A DNA stretch of 59,604 bases, filler included, from Sphacelaria rigidula (taxonomy: Eukaryota): the NCBI GenBank assembly GCA_964200075.2. It is 9 parts of 9 records of this genome, joined end to end, with 100 filler letters (N's around TTAATTAATTAA, not from the genome) between each part and the next. Parts side by side here need not be neighbours in the genome. Positions count along the whole stretch, not along the records: positions 33,171 to 39,704 come from CAXNAA020019502.1; positions 39,805 to 46,338 come from CAXNAA020019503.1; positions 46,439 to 52,971 come from CAXNAA020019504.1; 6 more parts are not named here. One strand, given 5' to 3'. Shown here one piece after another: positions 35,659-48,113 of this stretch; the stretch's first letter is position 1; each line of letters opens with the position of its first letter. The position numbers were made by a program, and so were the translations under genes. Under the pieces are notes generated by a model that saw only the letters and a list, made by a program, of their open reading frames with translations, was not told the DNA's origin and did not search any database.

Positions 35659-37001
35659 CAAGGACGTGTTCTGCAGGGTACGGTTTTCTGTATACCCGGG
35701 GTACTTTCCCGGGTATTTACCGTACCCGGCACTTCCATACCGGTACCCAACAGTTCTGTAAACTATGTGAGACTTTCATGCCCTTACTCTGTGAGTTCTC
35801 GAAGTCCCCCGTATCGTTACCGGGGGCACGGGTATGCTCTCGACAAGATACTCGGTTGCGGGTACGGTTTTCTGTGCTGCCTCCATACCCTGCATGATAG
35901 TTTCTGTGAGTTTTGTACGCCTCCCATACCCCTACCCGACAGTTTCGAGTTCTGTACATAATGTACGCCCGTACCCGGAGCGCGGGTGTGCCCTTGAAGA
36001 AATACCCGATTATCGGAACGGTTTTCTGTAAGCCTTCCATACCGTACCCGACAAGTTCTGCAGTTTCTGTAAGAATTTCAAACCGGTACCCGCCAGGTTT
36101 GTAATTTATGGAAGACTTTCATATTACCTGCACCCGATATTCCTGTGAGTTCTGCAAGGAACGATCGAAATGGCTACAAGACTCTTTCGTACAGAGCGGT
36201 GCTCGATATGACCAACTGCCAACATATCAAGACGACTATCCGCGAACGTCAACTCTGGTTCGCGGGAGCACTTGTCCGGCAGAAGGACACACGCTTTCCC
36301 AAGCGTGTCATGAACGGTCGGCTCTCCACACGAGGACCCAAGGAGGTCGGCCGCCCCCCCAAGCAATGGCAGGATACCCTACAGGAGAATCTACGTGCGC
36401 TAGGAGCTGTCCCGCACAAAGGAGCCCGGCGAAAGTGGTTCGTCTACGGTGTAGAGGTTAGGATGCATACGATTGGGTCACTGCGGCCAAGAACATGGGC
36501 GAGTGGCATATTCGAGTCGAAGAGGGAGCGGAAGAGTTTGAGGACACGTGGCGACGCGCGGATAGGCGAGAATCAGACCGCCGTCACAAGCGAGAGGCTG
36601 CTGCGTCGAGGGCTGCTAATCGGAGAATCCTGTCTGCTCATATCGATTGTTGATTATTTCCTTAGTCGGTGGCTCTGCGGTGCCCACTGGTGTGTATCTG
36701 TATCTACTCTGCTGCCCTGAATCCCTTGGGCCTTTTCCTTTTGTTGTATTTTTTTTCATTTGCTCTTTACTTTCCTCTTCTCTTCCTTTTTCTTTGTTGT
36801 TTTAGGTCGATCATTTCTTTCTGTGCTTTGCTTGTGTTGACTTTTATTTCGTTTGTTACGATTTAGTCTGTTATGTCGTCCTGTTCGACTTTTGTTTCGT
36901 TCTGTTCCTTCTTTTATTCAGGGCGTGTTTCGGTTTCGTTTTTCTTGGGTACGTCCATCATGAGACCATGGCTGGACCGCGGGGGGGTCAGTCAAAGTGC
37001 G

Positions 37002-37035
<34 letters not shown>

Positions 37036-37091
37036 TGTAAGGAATCCCATACCCCACAAAACATACCCGTACCCTACAGAACACAACCTTG
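35659..37091. mobile_element. hAT/P-type non-autonomous DNA transposon with TACCC/TTCTGT internal repeats; hosts a LINE fragment
   Basis: TIR CAAGG..GTGTTCTGYAGGGTACGG; 8-bp TSD GAAAATTG/GGAAATTG. Confidence 0.8.
36162..37033 (+). mobile_element. 5'-truncated RTE-clade LINE: ORF C-terminus, 3' UTR and (CAAT)n tail
   Basis: RERQLWFAGALVRQKDTRFPKRVMNGRL..GRPPKQWQDTLQENL; pyrimidine-rich UTR; ~8 CAAT units; TSD TCTGCAAGGAA/TCTGTAAGGAA. Confidence 0.9.
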
Positions 37092-38782
37092 GGAAATTGT
37101 CACTTATCCCCATTCCCACCCCGCCAACCCCCTATGCTTCGATTCCCAAGCTCGACTTCCTGCGAGAAACAAGATCTTGCTCTCTGGACATGCGTACTCT
37201 GTATTCGCCAAAATTTCACAGAGGAGGGTGGATTATTTGGTATAGACTGAAACTTTCGGCACTGTAGCGTGGCTGCTCGCACACGGATATACTATGATTC
37301 GTCTCGCAAGCTAAGTTGTACCTTTACACGTGAAAGAAAAAACACGATTTCTAGCGACTGGACTTGACACTCTCTGCCACCGAGTTCATGGGTACGGGCC
37401 GTTATAAAATAATTAAACTGAAATCAGCGCTTCTTTTATTGTTTTCCATTATTCTTCTCGGGTTTTCGCTGGGTACACGTGCGCGACTCAAACCCTATTT
37501 GCCGCACAGAGGTCAACAAGAGTGCACTGTTTGGCCATTTGTTGTCGGGTCTGGTCTGGGCTTTATTTCCCTCCGTTAGCTTGTTACAGCGCAGGACAGT
37601 AGCAGGAGGAGAGCTGAAAAAAATACGTGCGGTCAGCATCGATAATATATTTTGACGAGCATCAAGTCATGAAGCAAGCGAAGCGTGCTGTACACCTTCG
37701 AAAGGAAGCGACGTTCTAAAACGCGGGATCGCATACGCAAGAGAAACACATCATTACGCTATAATAGCTGTCTGACGTTCCTTGTGTAGAGTGCTTAGTA
37801 TTCTCCAGCGTTGTACCTCGACAACTTTCTGTCGCGATATCGACCGTATTTGTATCGCACAAAGATTCCCCAGCGCTGGCCAGCCAGGTGGCACAATGTG
37901 TTTCATGTCTGTACGGAACCGATCAACGCAAGCCAACCAGAACAACAGCACGACAGCCTGCAAAAGAGAGCCAGCACCGTTGATGCGGGTACAGTCCTTC
38001 TCTCGGATTCTGTTCCGTCCGAGCAGCATGAAACAACACACGACGACGATGATGGAGTTACCTTGAGTCATGCCTCGAATTCAACGCCATGCAGGATCAG
38101 CAGCAAGCTAAGCGCAAATGGAGACTGCAGCACCAACCCCCGCCACCGCAACCATACCGCGGGCATGGCGACAATCAAAGCAAACGTTGGGTACACTAAC
38201 CCGTATACCAATCGACAGAGCGCCGCTTGTGAGACCGTCGTTGTCTTGGATATCATCCTGCCTCCGCACGGTACTGTACTGCGGCTGCGGGCATCAGGAG
38301 ACTAGCGAAACCATATGTGACGGAGTGCATACTAGAATCAAGTTTGTAGAGGAACTGGTCAAAAATCTGAATTAAATTACTCGAAATTAGCGTTTGCAAT
38401 ATGAAAATAAACCCGTACCTGTGAGCCCGCCGCCCATTTACCACCACCCTATCCACGACTACAGCCTACAGTCCCTTTTTTTCATGGTCACATTGCTACG
38501 CATGTTTCAGGCCCGCGATCGACGTGAAGGTGCAAATGTTCTCATTAGACAGGCGCCACAGTAGCGATGAACAGAACCGACATCGCATACTCACATCTCC
38601 CATCATCATCTTGTCCTACCGTAGCAACAGCGTAGGTGATTAATAGCTCTGTTTCTAGACTTGCATAAATTATTGTTGCCACTAGGAGAAATTTGATATT
38701 TTGTCATGATCGTGATTGCGGAGCTCGTGTCTCTTCAACATCAGAACCGCTGTTAGGTGGTGCCTAAACTTTCGTAGGGTCA

Positions 38783-38970
38783 GGCCGTCTTATCAAATTG
38801 TTTTCGACTCGAAAACGCACGGTGGAATCGAATTTGCTCCTACCTGATACGTCAACGGCATCCATGCTCTCAACCATCTGAGAAAATAAAGAGCGTGGGC
38901 GGATCAGAAACGAGGGAACTCGATTCGACCGCACGTTTTCGACACGAAAATACTTTGATAAGACACGGCC
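38783..38970. mobile_element. PIF/Harbinger-type MITE
   Basis: TCA|GGCCGTCTTATCAAA...TTTGATAAGACACGGCC|TCA, with ~55-bp arms. Confidence 0.85.
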
Positions 38971-39635
38971 TCAGCGGTGAGACAATTATCTTGGCGCCGA
39001 ATTAGCCCTTGCAATCACCTCGATAATCGGCATTTCTCATACACAATTGGCCACAAGCCGGCGATCATCCCTCTCCTTCGCACACAAAAAAAAAGTATCA
39101 ATATCGACGCCGCGCCAACGCAGACACACTTTCCCCCCTTGGTCGGTACACGGAAAGGTAAACTACCGTCTGGCAGGCACACGATATTTTAATTAAATTC
39201 CTGTCAGCTTCAAGGTCCACAGACTTCCATCTCCCATGAGGGAAAAAAATAGTAAAACATGACCAAATTCATACTCTAGTTTGATGACAAAAAAAAATGT
39301 CGTTCGTATGGAACTGTAACGCGGGTGAGATGCGTTCTGCAGCCTGTAGACTCAGCAGAGGATCGATCTTTGGGGATTGGCAAACAAGGACAAACTGACC
39401 CAAGTGCAATAATAATTCGAGGACAGTCGTTCTTGAGTCCGATAGGCTCAACCGTACCTCGATCGTCGGGAGTGTTTAACAAGGTGATGCTAGTCCACGC
39501 GCGACACCGCACAACAATGACTTTGGGGTGCTATATGTTCAACCACGCGTCGATATTTGGGGGTGGTCAACAAGGTGATACTAGCCCAGGTGCTACCCTC
39601 GATCGTAGTCATGCTTGAGCAATAAGGGTCGAGCA

Positions 39636-39704
39636 GCCGGTCGCTTCGGTGGCTCAGTTGGTAACCTCGAAATCTTCTGACGGTTGGGTCGTGGGTTCAA
39701 TTCT
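39636..39704 (+). mobile_element. tRNA-derived head of SINE family 1, cut by gap
   Basis: GCCGGTCGCTTCGGTGGCTCAGTTGGTAACCTCG...GGGTTCAATTCT. Confidence 0.8.
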
Positions 39705-39804
39705 NNNNNNNNNNNNNNNNNNNNNNNNNNNNNNNNNNNNNNNNNNNNTTAATTAATTAANNNNNNNNNNNNNNNNNNNNNNNNNNNNNNNNNNNNNNNN
39801 NNNN

Positions 39805-40023
39805 GCTTCGCGGTTGGTGGTTGGAGTGCGGGCCTGACCCGGTGAAAACCCGGCGTGCTCCGTCCCGGCTTTGTAGGGATGCGAGGTCAATGATCTTCTT
39901 ATGACTATGGCATGTATGATCATGAGTACCCCCCCCCCGTCGCTCCGTCTCGAAAGGGAGGCGTGGTCAATGGTCGAACGACTAAGGCAAGCAACAAATG
40001 AGTACGCCCCCCTCCCCCCCCCC
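39805..40023 (+). mobile_element. Two stacked copies of the poly(C)-tailed retroposon 3' end
   Basis: A long-loop variant ending ATGAGTAC(C)n is directly followed by a GAAA-loop variant ending ATGAGTACG(C)n. Confidence 0.75.
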
Positions 40024-40060
40024 AGTCCACTCTTAGGAGCTTTATATACGTTTCTCTCAA

Positions 40061-40178
40061 CCCTTTTGGAACGCACTGACGGTTTTTATTTTTGTGAACC
40101 TGCATCATATTGACTTGAGAATGACTAAAAATGATGCCGATTCACGAAAACAGAAATCGTCAGTGGGTTCCCAAAGGG
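40061..40178. mobile_element. piggyBac-type MITE
   Basis: TCAA|CCCTTTTGGAAC...GTTCCCAAAGGG|TTAA; nearly fully palindromic. Confidence 0.7.
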
Positions 40179-41047
40179 TTAAGCAGAAGCGATTTGTTGG
40201 GAAAACTATTTTCGCCGGCTGGTGGAGAGGATGTACAGCTTTTGCACATATGTTCTTCATGTGGTCGATTGTCAAGCCAAAATTTCCTCAAAAGACTCTC
40301 TTGGGCATCTTTCGTTGTAAGTTTCATGTTAGTGATGATATCATTTATATTTTCATTCACATTTATTTACTTGTATTGTATGGAGATAATAAACCTTAAA
40401 ACGCAGCTCCCCCCGTAGTCTCCGAGATACACACAGAAGCAGGCGCGCGCGCGCATCCCCCCCCCGCGCCCCCGCCTCCCGCACGCCTAATTTTAGGATC
40501 AGTCGTTACAAAAGTATTACTTAGTAATCCAAGAACTTGCTATAAGGTATATTCGCTGTGCATATTTGTCGAGGCTTTGGTGCTCCAATCTAGCCGTACT
40601 CTACGCAACTCGACTTGATTTCTTGACAGAAGATACTCGAAAAACACCCGGAGTTTGCTTTGCGAACGAATATTGTATAAGATGCAGACTCGACTACTGA
40701 TGCTTCCACAAAGGCCCGCCGATGATGTTGGGTGACAGCCACAAAGCGCGGAGACGCAATATGCGCTTGCACGGAGACCAAATCATAGCGTCAGCGTGCT
40801 CTGTTCTGCCGCTCGATACACCGACATGCTTGGGAACGTTAGATTTCTTCGTCGCACAAACGCGTCAGTGAATTATCGCTGATACTGCTTTGTCAAAGGA
40901 GAATCGCTCAGAGCGACCATCTCACATAGTTCTTATATTTTCATGCATCCACTCCGTGTTCTTGTGAGCAGATGCATAGGATCAATCGATGATATCATGA
41001 GACCCAAAGGAGAAACGCCCAGATCGACCATCTCACAGAGTACTTAC

Positions 41048-43740
41048 CATGCCATGAGCCCACTCCACGCTACAGTCCAGCTTGGGGAGACCCGCCAGAG
41101 GAACATGAGGCGAAAAGCACCAACTCGACGGCACTGTTGTGGTGGAGCAGAGGGGTGACGAGGAGACGCGGTCGCGAAGTGTCAGCTCAGGATCCACAAC
41201 GCCCAGAAGGGTTGGAATAGTCATCAGGACAAAACCTTGACGCCTGCTGAACTTGATGCGAGCCCCTTGCCACCATACAGGGAACGGGAAACTGAGGTCG
41301 TGAGTCATGCCAGGTGTGCCGGCAGCTGTGTCCGTGTCCTCTCTCGTTTTGCTGGTGCTCGCCGTTCCGGTGTCATCCATACATATGCCGAGGCGCACGG
41401 AACACGCACTACTGCCTTCCGAGATGGCCGGGGTCACGGTTTTCGTCGCCAACAGCTTCTTCGCCTTATCGTTTACCATGGTGATAGTACAGCGGAATTT
41501 AAAGCGCTTATCCTCTCTGCCACCGATGTCCTCACGAGTTGATTCTGTCAGCTGAGTGATGAGGAACTCGCCGTATTGAAAGCGCTGTTGGCTTAGAGAG
41601 GTGAAAGGAGGGAAGTACGAAGTCCCACGGCTGTTGAGCGTGATGTGCTCCTGTGCAATCGCCGCTTTAGCGGGGCACACCAGACACGGATTAAAATACC
41701 TGGCGCTTTGGTGCGGTGAAGCTGCTACGTCGCTGGGAGAGAGAATGGCAGTCTTATCGATGTCTGCAAGGTCGGCACTGTAGAACGTCATCCGTAGGGC
41801 GCCTCCCATCCTCTGCTTTATGCGGGCGGGGGCGGTCAAAGTTTCCATGCTGTCGCGAGGTCGAAGCTTCAAAAGAATTTCCGACGGCGGCGCCATGTCC
41901 AAGGCGAACGTGGGTACGATAGTCGAAACCATCAGCTCCACGCCCGGCTCGTCTCGTCGGGCATCCCGGACGGCAAGGTAGGGACTTAGGGAGCGCCAAG
42001 CTTGCACCTGGTCACCTCCTGCGGTGGTGTCGTCTTTATGGGACGCATTGAGCTGACGGCCTCGGCGTACACAAACGTACGCCATGTGAACACTAACGAA
42101 GTGGTTGTCGAAACCTAGCCCTGACTTTGCCGTGAGCGACAAGAACACTTCCGGCGATTGAAATTCGCCCAACAGTGCAAGGCCGGGCTTGTTCACCAGC
42201 AGCACAACTCTACGGGTGTCATTGTCTGGGGCAAATTCACCAGGACGCGTCGCGTAGGAGTCGCGGATGGAGACGAGGCTGAGGGTGTGGAAGAGGGCCA
42301 TCTGTAGTTTTTGCAGACGCACAGATTGCGGGAAAAGTAAAAGAAGAATGCGACATCATCCAAGACATCTATGTTCCTGAACATACAATGAGATTCTCAC
42401 GATATGTATGTGAGGCATCAACTGTACCGTCTCCGGTCAGAAGTACAAGCCACGTTGATGGTTGCAAGTACAGAGTTTCATACTGTTGGCCAACGTTCAA
42501 CTTCACAAACACACTGCTTTAGTATTCTGTCCCTACCACATCAGTCTCATGCTCGTCAAAAACAGACCTGTTCTTGCTGGAGATTCGGAGCCAGAATGAG
42601 CCCACTGCTCCCAATGATGGCGTGGATTACGGCTCTGAAGTGAGAGGAACTTAGTCTCAGCCGTCGGCCAGCCATGGAAATTAGTCTGGCAAAACCCAGC
42701 GAGGTGTAGTGCTTCGGTGCGCAGAAATGGGCCATGCTTTGCTCCGAAGAACCAAATCTCCGGGGACTATAATCGTCAAACGGCATGTGAGAGAACATGG
42801 TCTTGTAAACGGGAAGCGTCAGCCCGACGAAGTCCGTTGGTGTGATATCCACTCGGCTGTCGAAGGTTCCCTTCCCCACCTGTTGAGGGTTTTAAACGTG
42901 TTTTCACGAGGAAATACAACAGAAAATTGACGAAGGGTGAGGGATACCGTAGTATGTTGCTTTAGGAGCCACACCCGGAAGCGACTGTCTCCCTCCACTA
43001 TTGACGTTTTATGGAGTAATTATCCAGAAGATAAAATGATTTCTGGGCGCTGCCCCGGCTTAGAAATCCGTTTTTCACTCGGAAACAGTTGTGTAAACAA
43101 CGTATTTCGCCACCGAAGATTGAAAATGATCCCTGGGTGCCGCCTAGGCGGTGAATCATTTGCGTTTAGATTGGAAACGAGGCCTCTCAAATCTGTATTT
43201 GACCTGGAAGCAACTATGACAAATAACTGCTTCCCCCTAACTCTGTGTGTGTGGGGGGGTGGCATCCAGGAGAAATATTACGAGGCCCCGTGCCGAGGGA
43301 TCTCAAACTCAAACTAGAACGTCGAACACACAGATGCACGAAAACACGCCGACGATCCTCACACTGCTAGCGTTATTCCAGCACAACCTGTACATGGACG
43401 TTTAGTATGTATCGAGAGGGCACGTCGGTTGCATTCTCCCGAGATACCTCAAGGAAACCATTGTCGTTAATTTGTGAGACTCGCACAACCCATACCGAAG
43501 GTGTCGACGGGCGTTTCCAAGTAAGCCGGAGTACAGTTGGCAGCCGTTTATCAGCCTTCGTTCTGTTGTCCCGAGTGCCGGCCGTGTCTTGTCGCAAGTC
43601 GATCATCAAGTTGCACATCACGTCCCCTTGGCTTACGACCCCCGAAAGGCTAGACACGGGCACCACCCCTGAGTGAAGGAGGGGAAGAGAAGACAACGTG
43701 CAATTCAAACGTGCGAATGTGCGATGAATAACAACAACAG
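41048..43740 (-). CDS. Spliced gene fragment, probable homolog of DUF4470 + MYND-finger type proteins; exons ~43740-43496, 42879-42568, 42301-41048, possible degenerate exon ~40800-40590
   Basis: 429-aa ORF plus upstream ORFs joined by phase-0 GT-AG introns (TCG|gtatg, cag|GTG, CAG|gtctg, cag|ATG, ATG|gtaag). Motif order LTWK..VYKTMF..HY..FARL..NLQQE..FPFPV..SRRQGFV..LPKL recalls that family (from memory, not searched). Confidence 0.6.
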
Positions 43741-44024
43741 TAGCCCATCCGTGCGGATGATGGAGAAAGTCACGTGACATTCCAAGTACTGGATAAAGCC
43801 TCTACGGCGAAGTGGTAGACGAACAGCAGCCCCCTGATTCACTCTCTGTAGTGTAGTTTGCAAGGTTTAGTCAGCATGGCAACGATACACGCAATTTTCA
43901 GTGAATTTACCAGGACTTTTCACAAAACGATAGGACAGAACGGGTACGTTTCCCGTCGTCTGGAAAAACGATAACACGGGATATGAATTATAGCAATTAG
44001 TCAGAAGGCACAGGACAGCAAGTG

Positions 44025-44435
44025 CGACCTGGAACCCTCATCAGGACGGGAAAGGACGGGAAAGGATGTGAAGCGGAAAACCCGAAGTTCGTTGAGATTG
44101 GACTTGATTTTTCCCGTTACCTGAAGATCGAAGGCACGGGACGGATGGTCTTTCCATTGCCTAAGTCGATGCGGGACGGGGCGGGAAATTCGAGGACATC
44201 TCGGGGCGGAACACAATGGCCCATCCTATGTCGATCTCACGACAGTAGCAAGCCTCGTTTCGTGAGTTTCTATCCCGTTTCGTTCCATCCTGTTTTCCGC
44301 TCTACACGAACCCGTTCCGCAAAATCTCGGCGAATCTCGACGACTCTCATCCCGTCGACTCTGGTCTTATCCTCACGGAAGGTGACTGCAATCGGGATCC
44401 CAGCATAACTGGTAGATCGTCACCCCGGGATGGCA
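44025..44435. repeat. CGGGA/TCCCG-rich MITE-like repeat; related sequence at ~45430-46125
   Basis: GGACGGGA motifs in the left half and TCCCGT motifs in the right half. Confidence 0.55.
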
Positions 44436-45758
44436 ACACTATGCTGAGACCCCGCACTGCATCGACATATTCCAACTACTTGATCGTTTTGATGCGCATT
44501 GAACTTGCGACGAGGTCTGATGACCCCGCTGTTGTGATGGGGCCTTCACTGTATGTATCAACAACCTGAAACGAAGACGTTGCGACCAGACCTTTCGCAG
44601 TAACTTTGTGGCGCCGATTTCCTCGGCGCACGAACACATGAACAACGGCGTTTTTGAAGTACAAAAGTAGCCAGCCAAATGTCATGAGGAGCATATTAGC
44701 CCGTTGTCATACCGCCTCAGAACCATCGATGAGTCCGGCTTTACATTTCATTCCAATCAAGTTCAAGACTGCAGGTCTGTTTAGAGTTGGTCAGATACGA
44801 GTGTGAATTTGTATGTAGCAGGGATAGTAATATGGAGTGTCTTGCCTACTCAAGCACCACATACGTCTCCCAGCAAGGAAGTCTAACGTCGGTGATATTG
44901 ATTGATTGAGCGTGAGAGATTGGATACTGTGAAGGTTGAGACCAAGTCATCAAGAAGAGATATTATCTACCTACGCGTGACATTCTGATACCTTTGACAC
45001 ATCTGTGCGAGGGTGGTAGGCAATGTGAGCATATACTGCATAGTACCGATGCCTATTGTGCGGCTTGGTTGTCCCGCCTGTTGGCTGGCTCCTTGCCCTG
45101 CCTAGTGAGCCTGTGCTTGCCTTACATCCAGCAAGACCCCATTACACACAGCTTAATCGGACGAAAACAAGGGCAACCGCCGCCGGATTAAAAGTCAACC
45201 GAGTACCGAAGAAACAACTGATGGCCCATCATCTACTCAGACAACCCTGACTGTTTTTGTTTTTGTTACGCCGAACGTCCCTTGTTCTCGACGTGTATAC
45301 TTCATGATTGTGACGATCCATGTTAGCGATTCACTGGACTGTACATGAGCGCTAGAGGCTGCAAGCTTGAAATCAGAGTGACATCTTCCATCTGGCACAG
45401 ATCCAAGTTGTGCATATGAAATTCAACAAATTACGTTGAAATTTGACGGGAAACCCCTCCTCTTCACGGGATCTCAGTACGGGATTCCGCATGAAGTAGA
45501 ACAGGAAGCGGCCGAAGGGGTTGCGCGAGAGCAAGATGGGAGCGGTGATTGCGAACAAGTGGGAGCGAGACCGATTGCAGACGTTTCTCATCCCTCAGAA
45601 AGCCGACGGGATGAAAAAGGAAAGTTGAGAGTCTGTCCGGACGGGATTGGACGCGTGGCTCCAAATCTATGAACGTACAGGACTGGGACCGTTCCCCGTA
45701 TCCAAAAAGGTGCCCGGACTTAATGGGAGAGGAATTGTGGGAATAGGTTGAGACGAGC

Positions 45759-46015
45759 GAGTGATGCTACGGTAGGGGTACACAAATATTTTCCGAGGTT
45801 AGAATTGTTAGGAGCCCTTCATCTCATCCAAAACACGACTTATGAAAACATGCGAGAGTACGCCAGGATTACCATTCCAATGTGCTAAGGATATCCCATA
45901 TAAATCTACAAACGGGGATGCCCTGATCCATATTATTGTGCGTCCGGATTCGTTAGAAGCCCCTGAAGTAGACAAAATTCCGCTAAAAAAGTTCACCCCT
46001 ACCGTAGCATTGCTC
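45759..46015. mobile_element. Sola-like MITE
   Basis: TIR GAGYRATGCTACGGTAGGGG; perfect 4-bp TSD GAGC. Confidence 0.88.
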
Positions 46016-46958
46016 GAGCCTGAAAATATGGCTCTGAACACTCGTCGGGACATCACAGGGGAAGCGATCCCGTCCCGACAAATAACATGTGATCTATCCA
46101 TCCCAGGAAAACCCGCGGAATTTGCCTTAATGCTACTCCGAACTATCTATAGATGCCTTCTCATTTCATACTTCTAATCGAGTATACTCGCCCTCAATGT
46201 TGGACACACGCGGACAGGCCTGGATGAGTTGGAAATGGACATTGTGATTGGATCATGACATATGGGTGAAGGGCATATAAGAGATACAGTTCTGTTATTA
46301 AAGGTATACCCGATATGTTGGTTGCAGTAAGAATCTGTNNNNNNNNNNNNNNNNNNNNNNNNNNNNNNNNNNNNNNNNNNNNTTAATTAATTAANNNNNN
46401 NNNNNNNNNNNNNNNNNNNNNNNNNNNNNNNNNNNNNNTACCATATCTTCACCCACCTGAAACCCTTGCTCTGCTGCTTCTATTGCTATTATCAAGTCAT
46501 TAATAAATGGTTTTGGGGGGGAGGGGGGGCGGGGCTATCGTAGAAAGTGTCTGATGTGCGATGATCAAGCAACCAATGAACTAAATAAATGAATCAAATA
46601 CCATATATATATACATATATGTATACACCACCGTTTTAAACTTCGAAAATGACCGGCGATGAATATACTCCACCGTCTGCCTCACTTTTGATGCAAGTTT
46701 CTGTGCTTGCACACAACACACCGAACATTTTAACCCGTAGCTCTCCATCCTTCCGATCGCCTCTATCGCTTCACAACAGGGAACCATGATTATAGCTGTA
46801 CGACCGCAAAGCACACCTGGGATATTTCAAACCCTAAAAAACATCTGGTCAACAGATGCACGAGACAAAAAAAATGTATTGGATAGTGTATAGGCCTATT
46901 GCATCCATTGACCATATATTGCTCAGGGTGTGGTATATTTTCACGACAACGAAAAAGA

Positions 46959-47174
46959 GGGGGGGGGGGGCGTACTCATTTGTTGCTCGACTTAGTCGTT
47001 TGGCTATTGACCACGCATCCCTTTCGAGACGGACGAAAAAGAGGGGGGGGGGTGTACTCATAATCACGCATGCCGTAGTCAGAAGACCATTGACCTCGCA
47101 TTCCTACAAAACCGGGACGGAGCACGCCGGGTTTTCGCCGGACTAGGCTCGCTATCTATCACCAAGCGCGAAGC
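46959..47174 (-). mobile_element. Two stacked poly(C)-tailed retroposon copies; another pair at ~47499-47650
   Basis: The younger unit (46959-47032) is flanked by duplicated ACGAAAAAGAG + G-run (46949-46959 / 47033-47043). Confidence 0.82.
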
Positions 47175-47842
47175 GCCGTGGAATGTTCGGCAAGTCGCAT
47201 GAAGGGTGAGCTGCATCCTGCTAAGATTTATCTTGCATCAGGTTGACAGCCGACAATGAGTTGCTTCATTTTCTGGTATCGCCACTTCCAGAGACAGCCA
47301 CGGCTTCCACACTGCCTCATAGGTGTCTCACTTTTTGAACACCGCGTAGTACGATCATCCCCATTGTGCGGAATTGAGGTTCTCCCACGCCGCACAACAT
47401 GATGTAGCTCGACTACCCTCATGGTCACTGCAAAAAAAAACGCAAGCGCGCAAAAACAAATTGGAAACCTGGTTGCCTAGCTTACGCAGTGAGTAGCGTC
47501 CGCCCCTACAAAGCAGGGATGGAGCACGTCGGGTTCTCGCCGGATCAGGCTCAAAGGAGGGGTACCCATTCTTTGCTTGCCTTAGTCGTTTGACCATTGA
47601 CCACGCATCCCTTTCGAGACGGAGCAAAAAAAGGGGGGGAGAGAGGGGGTACCATGCGATCGCTGATGTACATGTTTCATCATCATATCTTCGAATCAGC
47701 AACGCAACAGTTACACCGTCATTGCCCAGCTATTATACCACATTCTCTCATCTTCTCCAACTCGAGCAAAAACATTACACACACATAAATGATACACAAT
47801 TACAAAGCTCTGTCTCTGGGTCAGGTATCACACCCATCAATG

Positions 47843-48113
47843 GAGCAATGCTACGGTAGGGGTGCACTTTTTTCGCGAAATTATGTCTAGGTCAGGGGCT
47901 CCTCACGATTCTAGATGAACAGAAATATGGGCCAGGGCATCCCCGTTTGCAAATTCATTCGGGATATCCCCAGCACATTAAAGTAATAATCCTCGCGTAC
48001 TTTCACATATTTTCATAAGTCGTCTTTTGCATGAGATAAAGGGCTCCTAACGATGCTAACCTCAGAAATCATTCTAACGATTTACGATTGTAACCCCTAC
48101 CCTAGCATTACTC
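47843..48113. mobile_element. Sola-like MITE; truncated further copy at 48335-~48540
   Basis: Same TIR; perfect 4-bp TSD AATG. Confidence 0.88.

Noticed and set aside
39636..39704. Functional tRNA gene (also 1-72 and 51095-51166)
   Set aside because: The copies diverge in the anticodon region and one is attached to a SINE body and tail.
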